A stretch of 46,442 nucleotides of DNA, from positions 1 through 46,442 of the forward strand of contig CBDULX010000002.1 of the NCBI GenBank assembly GCA_965368175.1, written 5' to 3'. Of this stretch, positions 1 through 9,172 are shown in pieces. A program made the translations under genes and the position numbers. The number at the start of each line of letters is the position of its first letter. Positions within the stretch are counted from its first letter, which is position 1. This DNA is from an uncultured Gammaproteobacteria bacterium (lineage in GTDB: Bacteria > Pseudomonadota > Gammaproteobacteria > SZUA-229). The notes under the pieces are model-generated. The model did not search any database. It worked only from the letters and a program-made list of their open reading frames with translations, and was not told the DNA's origin.

Positions 1-2
1 AT

Positions 3-149
3 CTGGGCACGATAAATCGGGAACAGTTTCTGCTCTTCACCCAGGAACTCATATCACTACTCAATTCAGGTATGAATCTACCGGCTATTTTAAAAATTCT
101 TAGTAATCGACCCAGAATATTAAACTATAATATCGTCTATGTGAAATAA
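3..149 (+). CDS. 3' end of an ORF entering from the left window edge (48 codons plus TAA); fragment only
   Basis: Frame 3 is open from the edge to TAA at 147-149 (...REQFLLFTQELISLLNSGMNLPAILKIL...). The pattern resembles the start of a GspF/PilC (T2SS-F) domain, but the frame stops ~25 codons later. It is absent from the ORF track because it has no start. Confidence 0.25.
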   Translation: MGTINREQFLLFTQELISLLNSGMNLPAILKILSNRPRILNYNIVYVK

Positions 150-170
150 CATTAATAAGATTTAGAGCCT

Positions 171-764
171 ATGAAAAAAAATAAAACCATTATTAAGTAT
201 TTGCTAATTTCATCTATTGTGACTGTTCTGGCTGGCTGCAGCTTCATGTTTACAAAGAGCAGTTATATGGATGAACAGGAAGACAAAAATTCCATATTAA
301 TTTTTGCCTATATCGATGATAGTGAAACGCCATTTACTATAAAAGAGGGTGATATTAAACAGGTAAGACCTGCATCATCTGAGCCTTATAAAGAACTTCG
401 TAGCAACAACAATGGCCTTGTATATCTGGAAAACCTGCCAACAGGCCTATACAAAATGATAAGTGTTTCTGGCCCTGATAATAACATACTAAGTGATACT
501 ACATGGACGACTACCTTACCAGAACCCAGTGACGACCCTACATTTAAACGCATGGAATTAATAGCTAAAAAGCCTGGCCTGTATTTTCTTGGCTCATATA
601 AGATTGACAAGGTAAAAGATGGTGGATTTTTCGGTAATGATAGATTTGAAACAATTGCTATTAATAATCCTTCTGAAAAAGAAGTTTTAGAGCAACTTGT
701 CGAATATGCTAAAGACACCAGGTGGGAAGGTATTATTAAAAGAAGAATTAGAGAACTAAAATAG
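171..764 (+). CDS. hypothetical lipoprotein
   Basis: 197-aa ORF. N-terminus MKKNKTIIKYLLISSIVTVLAGC has a basic n-region, a hydrophobic core and an L-A-G-C lipobox. No family recognised. Confidence 0.6.
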   Translation: MKKNKTIIKYLLISSIVTVLAGCSFMFTKSSYMDEQEDKNSILIFAYIDDSETPFTIKEGDIKQVRPASSEPYKELRSNNNGLVYLENLPTGLYKMISVSGPDNNILSDTTWTTTLPEPSDDPTFKRMELIAKKPGLYFLGSYKIDKVKDGGFFGNDRFETIAINNPSEKEVLEQLVEYAKDTRWEGIIKRRIRELK

Positions 765-774
765 AGGATAAATA

Positions 775-1392
775 ATGAACTTGTCTCAAAAGATAAAAGC
801 CTTATCAGTTGTTTTTATAGCGTTAACAATAACAGCTTGTGCATTACCTAAAACATCAATAACCAGTTTAGAGGAAGTTGATGCAGATGAAATTGTAGTT
901 GTCGGTAAACTTCAATTATTACCTCACATCAGAAAAGACGAGGTGCAGCTTACAAATTTTATAACTATCGGACCTGATGTTGCACATAAATCATTGAGGT
1001 TAATTGTATCTGATGTGTATTTTGATCTCGGCGGATTAGCAGCCCATGATTATAGCGATGCCATTTTCACATTAGATGGTGATTATTTCTATTTCACATG
1101 GAAAAAGGATAAGCCGTTGCATATTCTAGGCACATCATTTATTACACGCTCAACTCAAACCAATATTGACACAATGACCTTATCACTGAAAAAAGGATTA
1201 AATGTAAGGCATAGTAAAATAGCCAAGGCGATTTATGTAGGCACAATTACTTTTAAACGCGATGAATTTTTTAACATCAAGGATATAGTTATTAATCAGA
1301 ATGAATACAATAAAGCCAACAGTGAATTCAATAAAAAATTCAAAACCAGAATGAAACTGGAAAAAGCCAAACTATCATCATCACGTAAGTAA
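775..1392 (+). CDS. hypothetical lipoprotein
   Basis: 205-aa ORF 10 nt after the previous stop, with an AGAGGA Shine-Dalgarno upstream. Signal peptide ends in lipobox-like LTITAC. No family recognised. Confidence 0.6.
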   Translation: MNLSQKIKALSVVFIALTITACALPKTSITSLEEVDADEIVVVGKLQLLPHIRKDEVQLTNFITIGPDVAHKSLRLIVSDVYFDLGGLAAHDYSDAIFTLDGDYFYFTWKKDKPLHILGTSFITRSTQTNIDTMTLSLKKGLNVRHSKIAKAIYVGTITFKRDEFFNIKDIVINQNEYNKANSEFNKKFKTRMKLEKAKLSSSRK

Positions 1393-1419
1393 ATCTACAG
1401 ATGCCCATGATCTGAGTAT

Positions 1420-1457
1420 AAACTAAGCTGGTAGATGCCAGCTTAGTTTATTTTTTA
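1420..1457 (+). terminator. rho-independent terminator between convergent genes
   Basis: Perfect 12-bp stem AAACTAAGCTGG (1420-1431) / CCAGCTTAGTTT (1438-1449), 6-nt loop, then ATTTTTT. Confidence 0.75.
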
Positions 1458-1461
1458 CTAG

Positions 1462-2139
1462 TCAATTATTATATTTTGCCGTCTTGAATGCCCGCTTTCG
1501 ATTGTTGTATCGACTTTCACATTCAGGGTTCTCTATGGCTTCGATAAAAGCACTATTAAAGTCATAGATTCGATCATCATAACCGGAGGCATGCAGGGCC
1601 GCCATGAATCCTTCACTGCTTCCTGTTGCGGCAATATATAACTCGGGTATGCTGTTGTTGAGTATTGTCAGGTCTTTGGGACTTTCGAAAGATGCACGAC
1701 AATTGTTTGCATCTGTGGCATGAAAGTTTCTGCATTTGATTGATCGGGCAGGGTATGCCACACAAACATTGTCGCGCAAAAACGGGCATTTCTGATTGAT
1801 GGTAGCCTGTTCTTCATGGCTTAAAATTTTAGCTTCTTCAATATTATACTTTGCCGACTGAATAATCTGATCAATATGCTGTTGATTCAGATTAGTCTTA
1901 ACATAATCAATCATGGCAAACACTTCAACTGCATCGACAACTACTTTAAAGTGGCAACAATAACTACATCCCCTGATACAGGCTTTGGTCTGGCCAGACA
2001 ACTCAGTAAGCTGCTGGCTACGTTGATCGTGGCGAACATGAAAGCTGATCAATGCATCCCGGGGTGACAAAGTCACTAATTCAGTATAACTGATCTCATA
2101 TTCCTGACTGGCTATACTGGGTTTTGATCGTTTGGACAT
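1462..2139 (-). CDS. YkgJ-family cysteine-cluster protein (putative zinc/iron-chelating domain)
   Basis: 225 aa with CIRGCSYCC (CxxCxxCC). Second Cys group KCPFLRDNVCVAYPARSIKCRNFH is typical of the UPF0153/YkgJ family. Confidence 0.7.
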   Translation of the reverse strand: MSKRSKPSIASQEYEISYTELVTLSPRDALISFHVRHDQRSQQLTELSGQTKACIRGCSYCCHFKVVVDAVEVFAMIDYVKTNLNQQHIDQIIQSAKYNIEEAKILSHEEQATINQKCPFLRDNVCVAYPARSIKCRNFHATDANNCRASFESPKDLTILNNSIPELYIAATGSSEGFMAALHASGYDDRIYDFNSAFIEAIENPECESRYNNRKRAFKTAKYNN

Positions 2140-2172
2140 TATTTATCAGATCTCAAGAGTGTAAATGCAGTA

Positions 2173-4050
2173 TTATTGGGGCCTATATTTACTATAAAAC
2201 TCAGATGCCAGTTGGCTTGCTCGTTTCTTGTCTTCTACATTTAATTCATTATAAACTGTATTCTTGAACTGGTGAGCTTCTTTTATGTTCTTTCTGGTTG
2301 CCATATAAAACCATGCGTAGGCTGTTATCGGGTCGTATTTGGCTCCTTTTCCTGTGTAGTATGCCACACCCAGATCAAGCTGGGCATTGGCATGACCTTT
2401 AACAGCCGCTCGCTCAAATAGAGATGCGCCTTTTTTGTAATTAACACTTATACCATAGCCATTAACATAAGCCTTTCCCAGGTTATACAGGGCATCTGGA
2501 TAATCCTGTTCGGTCGCTTTTTGTATCCAGGTGATAAATTGTTTTATGTTTTTAGTGGTACCTTTACCTTCACGGTAGAGTATCGCCAGTTCTGTTTGTG
2601 CTTCGGCTGAACCCAGGTTGGCCGCTTTCTGATAAAGATTAAATGCTTTTTTATAGTCCTGTTTCTTTTTATCACCGTCACGATATAAGCCAGCCAGAGT
2701 AACTGTAGCGTTTACATTATTGTTTTTATCAGCGGTTTCGTATAACTCCAGTGCTTTATTGGTATCACTTTTTATGCCATTACCTTCAAAATACATTTTA
2801 GCCAGTGCAAACTGCGCTTCATGGTGATTATTATTTGCAGCCTGTTCATACCAGTAAGCTGCTTTAGGTAAATTGGCACTGATTACTTTTCCATCCTGAT
2901 AGATATTACCCAGCTGATACTGAGACTGAACATCACCCAGTCGTGCGGCTTTTAGCAACAAATTAATGGCCTGACTGGAATTCTTCTTTATGTCATCGCC
3001 ATACAGGTACATTAATCCGAGACTTCTGGATGTTTTTACATCGCCCTGAGAAATTGCTTTTTGGTACCAGCTCAATCCCCTGGATGGATCTTTATAGATA
3101 CCTTCTTCACGCATATACAGATTGCCCAGCATGAGTTGTGCTTCGGGATTACCTTCCATAGCGAGTGGATGCCACAACATAATGGCCGCTGTATAGTCTT
3201 TTTTCTGGTAGGCGATCATGCCAAGGTTGAATGGAGCTATTTTTTGCTTGTCCTGTTTTGTTTCCTGAGCTGGTTCTGCTGCAATATCTCCAGACTCTTC
3301 GTTACCGGTTGCTTTTAATAGCCATTTGGAGGCCAGTACCAGGTCTTTATCTATACCATCACCATTAAAATACATCAATCCAAGCGTGGTTTGTGCTTCC
3401 AGATGGCCGTTTTCTGCCGCTCGCTTAAACCAGTATTCCGCTTTATTTGGGTTTTTACGATCACCATCCAGTTCCATGTAGAGTTTGCCAATCATAAATT
3501 GTGCATTGGCGTTACCAGTATTGGTGAGTGGAAGCCAGAGCATCAGGGCCGTTGTGTAATCTTTATTTTTATAGGCCACCAGGCCTTTAAGATAATCCTC
3601 TGATTCATTGGCCTTATATTTTTCACTTCTTTGCTGAATAGCCTTCGCAGACCTTGATTGTCCATGTTCGTTGCGCGTGGCCAGCAGCAGGTATCTGGCT
3701 GCTAACCTGGGGTTTTTGGCAATTCTGTCACCATTCAGGTACATCAGGCCAAGCGTTGTCTGGGCTTCGATGTGCCCCTGGTTTGCAGCCAGTCTAAACC
3801 AGTGTTCCGCTTTTTCTGAATTATGGGCTTTAAGCGACTGATTCATATACAACTGGCCTAACTGGAACTGGGCATCCTTATCGCCCGATTCAGCCAGTGG
3901 TAGCCATATCATTAGGGCAGTGGTGAAATCCTGTTTATTATAGGCATCAAGGGCTTCTTTATAGGTACCCGCATTGTTTGCAGCGAGCAGCAATGAGCCA
4001 GAGATTAACAGGCAGATAAACAGCAGATATTTGAACATCGACACAGGCAT
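2173..4050 (-). CDS. secreted Sel1-like repeat (SLR/TPR-like) protein
   Basis: 625 aa with an N-terminal signal peptide. Many A-x-x-W-[FY]-x-x-A-A-x-x-G-x-x-x-A-Q-x-x-L-G-x-x-Y Sel1 units. Three ~100-residue super-repeats lie in the N-terminal half. Confidence 0.85.
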   Translation of the reverse strand: MPVSMFKYLLFICLLISGSLLLAANNAGTYKEALDAYNKQDFTTALMIWLPLAESGDKDAQFQLGQLYMNQSLKAHNSEKAEHWFRLAANQGHIEAQTTLGLMYLNGDRIAKNPRLAARYLLLATRNEHGQSRSAKAIQQRSEKYKANESEDYLKGLVAYKNKDYTTALMLWLPLTNTGNANAQFMIGKLYMELDGDRKNPNKAEYWFKRAAENGHLEAQTTLGLMYFNGDGIDKDLVLASKWLLKATGNEESGDIAAEPAQETKQDKQKIAPFNLGMIAYQKKDYTAAIMLWHPLAMEGNPEAQLMLGNLYMREEGIYKDPSRGLSWYQKAISQGDVKTSRSLGLMYLYGDDIKKNSSQAINLLLKAARLGDVQSQYQLGNIYQDGKVISANLPKAAYWYEQAANNNHHEAQFALAKMYFEGNGIKSDTNKALELYETADKNNNVNATVTLAGLYRDGDKKKQDYKKAFNLYQKAANLGSAEAQTELAILYREGKGTTKNIKQFITWIQKATEQDYPDALYNLGKAYVNGYGISVNYKKGASLFERAAVKGHANAQLDLGVAYYTGKGAKYDPITAYAWFYMATRKNIKEAHQFKNTVYNELNVEDKKRASQLASEFYSKYRPQ

Positions 4051-4157
4051 ATTAATTTACTTTATACTATTAATGTAAGTATAGGAAAAATATACGAAAA
4101 TACTAATAAATATATGTAAACTGAGTAACACAACTATAATGAGGCCGTATATTTCTC

Positions 4158-4940
4158 ATGAGCATGTTCCTTAAACCTGATTTTAAAATAAGTCTGTTGC
4201 TTGCGGTGAGCATGGCTTCAGTGGTTATTGGCTGCAATCTTGATCCGATTGCCCAGGATCCTGGGTACCATTTTTTTGCTGATAATCGAACTGTTTTATC
4301 TATACCCAATTTTTATAATGCAGCTTCAAATATAATATTTGTCTTAGCAGGCATTTCTGGTAGTTTTTTAATCATTTTTCACAGGCCGCCATCTGTCAGT
4401 ACTGATGTTCGTGTTAATTACCTGGTTTTCTTTTCAGCTATTTTTCTGACTGGACTGGCTTCCAGCTATTATCATTTTTCCCCGGACAATACCCGCTTGT
4501 TTATTGATAGAATGGCTATAGCCATGGCTTTTATGGCCTTTCTATCAATCATAATCGCAGAATATATCACTGCAAAAAATGCTATGGTGCTGATGCTGCT
4601 ACTGATATTTATCGGACTTGCATCTGTTATCTACTGGTATATAACAGAATTAAATGGGGCAGGGGATTTACGCTGGTACGGACTGGTGCAGTTTCTTCCT
4701 TTAGTGCTCATCGCTTTAATCTTATTACTCTATCCATCTCCTGTGAATGATAAACTCTATATCTGGCTGGTTCTGATATTTTATTTTATTGCCAAGCTGT
4801 TCGAATTGAATGATACCAGTGTATATGAATATACGAGTTTTATCAGTGGGCACAGTATTAAACACATATTTGCAGGTTTAGCTCCTGTTATCTATTTATG
4901 CGCGCTTTATCATCGTAATATAAAACAAAAAAGCCGTTAG
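4158..4940 (+). CDS. polytopic membrane protein, ceramidase-like (alkaline phytoceramidase family) candidate
   Basis: 260 aa, about 7 TM helices. Motifs SSYYHFSPDN, IDRMAIAMAF and C-terminal GHSIKHIFAG resemble bacterial ceramidase-domain proteins. Assigned from memory of the motifs only. Confidence 0.5.
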   Translation: MSMFLKPDFKISLLLAVSMASVVIGCNLDPIAQDPGYHFFADNRTVLSIPNFYNAASNIIFVLAGISGSFLIIFHRPPSVSTDVRVNYLVFFSAIFLTGLASSYYHFSPDNTRLFIDRMAIAMAFMAFLSIIIAEYITAKNAMVLMLLLIFIGLASVIYWYITELNGAGDLRWYGLVQFLPLVLIALILLLYPSPVNDKLYIWLVLIFYFIAKLFELNDTSVYEYTSFISGHSIKHIFAGLAPVIYLCALYHRNIKQKSR

Positions 4941-4965
4941 ATACTTAGTACCTAACGGCTTTTTT
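4927..4965. terminator. bidirectional rho-independent terminator
   Basis: AAAAAAGCCGTTAG (4927-4940) pairs with CTAACGGCTTTTTT (4952-4965). The A-run on one side and T-run on the other could serve both convergent genes. Confidence 0.7.
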
Positions 4966-5038
4966 ACTCCTATCATTAATAAGAAAACATCTGGTTAATT
5001 CATGAACTGTTAGCCAAACCGAAGCAGCTGCCTGGTAA

Positions 5039-6085
5039 TTAAGGTAAATAGCCATCTGATAAGGTTTGCATGAATGTAACAATGGCATCTTCTTCAGCAC
5101 TGGTTAAACCCAGGTCGCCAAGAAACTGCCCATCCACTGTTTCTGGCACTTCAGGAGCTGGCCACATTCCCGGAATATCCCGTGTATTATAAAAATTTAC
5201 CACTTCCTTAAGCGTTTTCAGTACACCATTGTGCATATAGGGTGGTGTTAAGGCTACGTTCCTAAGATGCGTGGTTTTAAACTTACCATACTGGGCTGGA
5301 TCGTTAAGTACACCTCCAAGGCCCAAATCTCTAAAGTCTGCGGGCAGGTCAGGGCGTAGCACGAAAATTTCAGGATTGGCAGGCAGACCTAGATTATGGA
5401 ATTTAGCATCGGTGAAAATATCAGGATCTTTACCTGAACCCAGATCATGGCAATGGCTACATTTACCGGTTCCAGTGAATAGTTTAAGACCTCTTGCTTC
5501 AACGGCGGTAAAACTGGCTGTTCCTGCCTGTACGGCATCGTATTTGGAGCTGAATTTTTTAAAAGGTGTAGTGGTCTCAAATAGAGCAATAGCCTCCGCC
5601 ATGCAATTATAGGCAGCATCCACATTTAATGAAGGCCCACACAGGGCTTCAAAATCCGTCGCATAGGCTGTTGCCTGTATTTTTAGAATAACTGATGCCC
5701 TGTCCGGGTTATTCATCTCTACAGGGTTTAAGAACGGCCCTTTAGCCTGCTCGGTAAGGTTGGCTGCTCGACCATCCCAGAATTGACCACCCTTGATACC
5801 GCTTTTTAGAGTGAATTCAGGAAAGAACAGAGCATAGGAGGCGCTGGGTGAATTACGAGTGCCAAATCTGCCTGGAATCACACCTTCTGAAACGGGTAAA
5901 TTTTGATCTGGATCTGCAAAACCGAAAGCAGGATCATGGCAACTGGCACAGGACTGGCCGGCAGGTTCTGATAAAGATGCATCAAAAAATAGTTTTTCAC
6001 CTAATTGCGATTTTGTTAATGCTGCTGACGCTATAGATGAGAAGAATAAGCTGAGTATTAATCCAACTAGCGTAGACGGTTTCAT
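5039..6085 (-). CDS. di-haem cytochrome c peroxidase (CCP/MauG family), periplasmic
   Basis: 348 aa with a signal peptide (MKPSTLVGLILSLFFSSIASAA). Two CxxCH haem motifs (CASCH, CSHCH) and a conserved PPYMHNG block. Confidence 0.85.
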   Translation of the reverse strand: MKPSTLVGLILSLFFSSIASAALTKSQLGEKLFFDASLSEPAGQSCASCHDPAFGFADPDQNLPVSEGVIPGRFGTRNSPSASYALFFPEFTLKSGIKGGQFWDGRAANLTEQAKGPFLNPVEMNNPDRASVILKIQATAYATDFEALCGPSLNVDAAYNCMAEAIALFETTTPFKKFSSKYDAVQAGTASFTAVEARGLKLFTGTGKCSHCHDLGSGKDPDIFTDAKFHNLGLPANPEIFVLRPDLPADFRDLGLGGVLNDPAQYGKFKTTHLRNVALTPPYMHNGVLKTLKEVVNFYNTRDIPGMWPAPEVPETVDGQFLGDLGLTSAEEDAIVTFMQTLSDGYLP

Positions 6086-6393
6086 TTTTCATCTCCTAAT
6101 TAAATGGAGATTGATTATCTTCATTTGATGGCTTAATTGACAATGGGAATTTATACCCTTATGAAATGACGTGTGATGAAGTTAATTAAAATCAATCTAG
6201 AAAGAATTCAGGAATAATTCCTTTTTTACTTAATCATTATATGCTTGCGAACTATAGAATAGAAATTGAAAAGTGAAAGTAGAAACGCTAAGTTGAATGG
6301 CGGAGGCAGATTAGTGATTGTCATAAAATGATATGCAAGTTTATTCAGTGCTGGCATAAGTTTATATCAAGTTAAACAGCACCGGAGAAAAGA

Positions 6394-6612
6394 ATGAAGA
6401 ATGCCATACATTACTTTAATCAGAATTCCTCAGGCATGATTTTTTCCGGTCAAAAAGATGGCAGTGACGAATTGGGTATATTTTACACAGGTACACATCA
6501 TGAACTTGAGATGTTGCGCGAGTTGATTAATGAATCTATTGATTTACTGCGCAGCCGAAAAACCTATATGGGAATAGCTGAATATACGCATAATGTATAT
6601 TATGTTAAATAG
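6394..6612 (+). CDS. hypothetical small protein (72 aa)
   Basis: ATG preceded by GGAG at suitable spacing (ccGGAGaaaagaATG). No recognisable family. Confidence 0.4.
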   Translation: MKNAIHYFNQNSSGMIFSGQKDGSDELGIFYTGTHHELEMLRELINESIDLLRSRKTYMGIAEYTHNVYYVK

Positions 6613-6775
6613 TGGTCCTCCAGACTATTATTAGCTGTGCAGATATTCGAATGATACAGATGTGATCCCGTTCGCATTACTATCCCCTGTCTAGAGCTAA
6701 TATTTATCTATAGTCAATCGAAGCTATTAAATGATAACCCACTTATAAGTATCTGTTTTTTAATAGGTTATCTGC

Positions 6776-6973
6776 ATGTCACAAAGCAATATATCAGAGC
6801 CTGTAATGATCCCGGCTTATATGGGTAGAGATCACAGAGTATCCGATCTACCCAGGTCAGACAGTAGATATATTCTTGCATCATTCAATAACCTAAATGA
6901 ACTGTATGACTTATCGCTAGAGGCGATATTTGATAACCATGGTTGCGTGAGCGATCTAAGAGAGACTGGTTAA
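6776..6973 (+). CDS. hypothetical small protein (65 aa)
   Basis: ORF only. Weak ribosome-binding context and no recognisable family. Confidence 0.25.
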   Translation: MSQSNISEPVMIPAYMGRDHRVSDLPRSDSRYILASFNNLNELYDLSLEAIFDNHGCVSDLRETG

Positions 6974-6995
6974 TTAACTGTTTTAGGACACGACT

Positions 6996-7211
6996 ATGTT
7001 AAAATTCTTCAAACTCATCACCAGTGTGCTTGCTTTAGTTTTTCTAATAGCAATGATATATATAAGCCCTACTCTTACTACTACTCTAAGTTTTGTAGTT
7101 CTTTCATTACTGGTATTAGGAGTTATCGCATTGTTATCCGGCCATGATGATGAAAGTGACATAAATACTCATCCGTTTGATCCGACACAATCACAGTGTC
7201 ACTTAAAATAA
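6996..7211 (+). CDS. hypothetical small membrane protein (71 aa, two TM helices)
   Basis: Two clear hydrophobic helices (LITSVLALVFLIAMIYI; LSFVVLSLLVLGVIALL). AGGA upstream of the ATG, and a strong hairpin follows directly. Confidence 0.4.
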   Translation: MLKFFKLITSVLALVFLIAMIYISPTLTTTLSFVVLSLLVLGVIALLSGHDDESDINTHPFDPTQSQCHLK

Positions 7212-7240
7212 TAATGGGCCGTCATTGACGGCCCATTATT
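7210..7240. terminator. strong stem-loop (terminator-like) after the small ORF cluster
   Basis: 14-bp perfect stem AATAATGGGCCGTC / GACGGCCCATTATT with a 3-nt loop. There is no clean T-tract on the plus strand, so its function is uncertain. Confidence 0.5.
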
Positions 7241-8036
7241 ATTCACGCATTGCAACTATACCTGGCGTTTACTCCCAAGCTGTTTATTCTTCATTTTTTT
7301 ATACTGAATACATTAATTATTTAATCCCTGTTATTAATTTGGAAACTCTGATCAAGTCACGATTGTTTTATGCAGCCTAAATTCAACCAGACATGATGAG
7401 AAGTTCCTTAGTTTCAGTTACAGGAATTAAATCTCGTCTATATTTTTCTTTTAAATTCAGAAGCAATAAAAATCTTAATAAAACTAAATCCTGACCAACC
7501 AGATATTTGCAACATATAATTAGGGCTGTAACATAATTAGTTAAACAGATTATAACTAATTACTTATATCGCCAAGATGACTCTTGTACTTCTAAAGAAT
7601 GCTTCAAATATTTTTGTCAGTAATTTTCGCAAAAAAATATTTTAGATTTGTATTTTCCTTGATTTATTTCAAGGAACATTTATTATGCCCTTAGAATAAA
7701 TTGGTACTTTGATATTTGTCTAGTACCGCATAATATATGATTCGGTTTATAAACATATTCACGAATAATTATATTAATAATTTCTAATAAGAAAAGACCA
7801 TTATATTAATAAAGAGATGCGCATTACTAAAATTATTAAGCTAGTTCACTGTGACCAGGTCATATAAATGCAACTAGCGTCACTCACTGTATTTCATTAT
7901 TTAGGAGCATTGCTCTTCTATTCGATTGCGCATCTCAAAATAACTATCAGGCCATTTATTAAACAAAAATATTTAGTGTGTGCAGGTGTGTGAAAATTTA
8001 AAAAATAATTAAAAAACCACTTTCCGGAGGGTGTAT

Positions 8037-9149
8037 ATGAGTGCCGCAATAAGGTCTTCTGGCCTACTCTGTTTGATGCTAATAAGCAATCCATTATTTG
8101 CAGCTTATCAGCTAAATCTTAAACCTGGGGTATCACCATACAGTCAGGGAGCTTATGACATTCACCAGATGGTTATGTGGATATGTCTTGGTATTGGTAT
8201 AGTGGTCTTTGGCGCTATGTTTTATTCCATAATCAACCATCGAAAATCAAAACACGCTAAAGCATCCACATTTCACGAAAGTACAGCTATAGAAATTGCC
8301 TGGACTATCATTCCAATTCTTATACTTATCGCCATGGCGATTCCTGCTACTAAAGTCCTTCTGGCCATGGAAGACACCTCTAACTCCGACATGTCGATTA
8401 AAGTCACTGGTTATCAGTGGAAATGGCATTATGATTACCTCGAAGATGACATAAATTTTTTCAGTAATCTGTCAACCCCCAAAGAACAAATTCACAATCT
8501 GCAGGATAAAGGTGAGCATTATCTCCTTGAAGTAGATAATCGTGTTGTTATCCCTACTAATAAAAAAGTTCGTTTTCTGTTTACTGCCAACGACGTAATT
8601 CACTCATGGTGGGTGCCGGCATTTGGCCTGAAAAAAGATGCTATTCCAGGTTTTATTAACGAAGGCTGGACCAGTGTACCTGAACCCGGTGTTTATCGTG
8701 GACAGTGTGCAGAACTTTGCGGTGCTAACCATGGTTTTATGCCAATTGTTGTTGAGGCAAAATCTGAACAGGACTATCTCGCCTGGGTACAGGAAAAGAA
8801 ATCATCTATGGCAGCTGCGGCAGCCAGTGGCGACAGAACCTGGACTATGGATGAGCTGATGGCAAAAGGTCAGCAGGTATATACCACAGCCTGTGCAGCC
8901 TGCCATCAGATCAGCGGTGAAGGTTTAGCCAACGTGTTCCCTGGTATTAAAGGCAGTGCGATCGCATTAGGTGATATCGCCAAACATATCGATATAGTTG
9001 TAAATGGCAAAACAGGTACCGCCATGCAGGCCTTTGGCCAACAGTTGAATGACGCGGATCTTGCAGCGGTTATTACCTATGAACGAAACGCCTGGGGAAA
9101 TAATACCGGTGACATGGTACAGCCATCAGATATTAAATCGGCTAAATAA
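8037..9149 (+). CDS. coxB: cytochrome c oxidase subunit II with C-terminal mono-haem cytochrome c domain
   Basis: CuA motif HSWWVPAFG...[13 protein letters not shown]-terminal CAACH haem site. GGAGG at 8026-8030 favours ATG 8037 over the track's GTG 8031. Confidence 0.95.
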   Translation: MSAAIRSSGLLCLMLISNPLFAAYQLNLKPGVSPYSQGAYDIHQMVMWICLGIGIVVFGAMFYSIINHRKSKHAKASTFHESTAIEIAWTIIPILILIAMAIPATKVLLAMEDTSNSDMSIKVTGYQWKWHYDYLEDDINFFSNLSTPKEQIHNLQDKGEHYLLEVDNRVVIPTNKKVRFLFTANDVIHSWWVPAFGLKKDAIPGFINEGWTSVPEPGVYRGQCAELCGANHGFMPIVVEAKSEQDYLAWVQEKKSSMAAAAASGDRTWTMDELMAKGQQVYTTACAACHQISGEGLANVFPGIKGSAIALGDIAKHIDIVVNGKTGTAMQAFGQQLNDADLAAVITYERNAWGNNTGDMVQPSDIKSAK

Positions 9150-9172
9150 TAACAGAACTCAAAGAGGCAATT

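Noticed and set aside
386-718. 110-aa minus-strand ORF inside the first lipoprotein gene. Many similar antisense ORFs appear in the track (e.g. 1876-2067, 3061-3318, 3391-3603, 5271-5625, 5848-6036).
   Set aside because: Each lies fully within a longer ORF on the other strand that has clear family motifs. Their translations are low-complexity or Ser/Leu/Arg-rich, as expected of shadow ORFs.
7767-7813. Direct repeat TTATATTAATAA (starting 7769 and 7801) upstream of the cox operon.
   Set aside because: A 12-nt A/T-only repeat in an extremely A+T-rich region is plausibly chance. I have no supporting evidence for a binding site.
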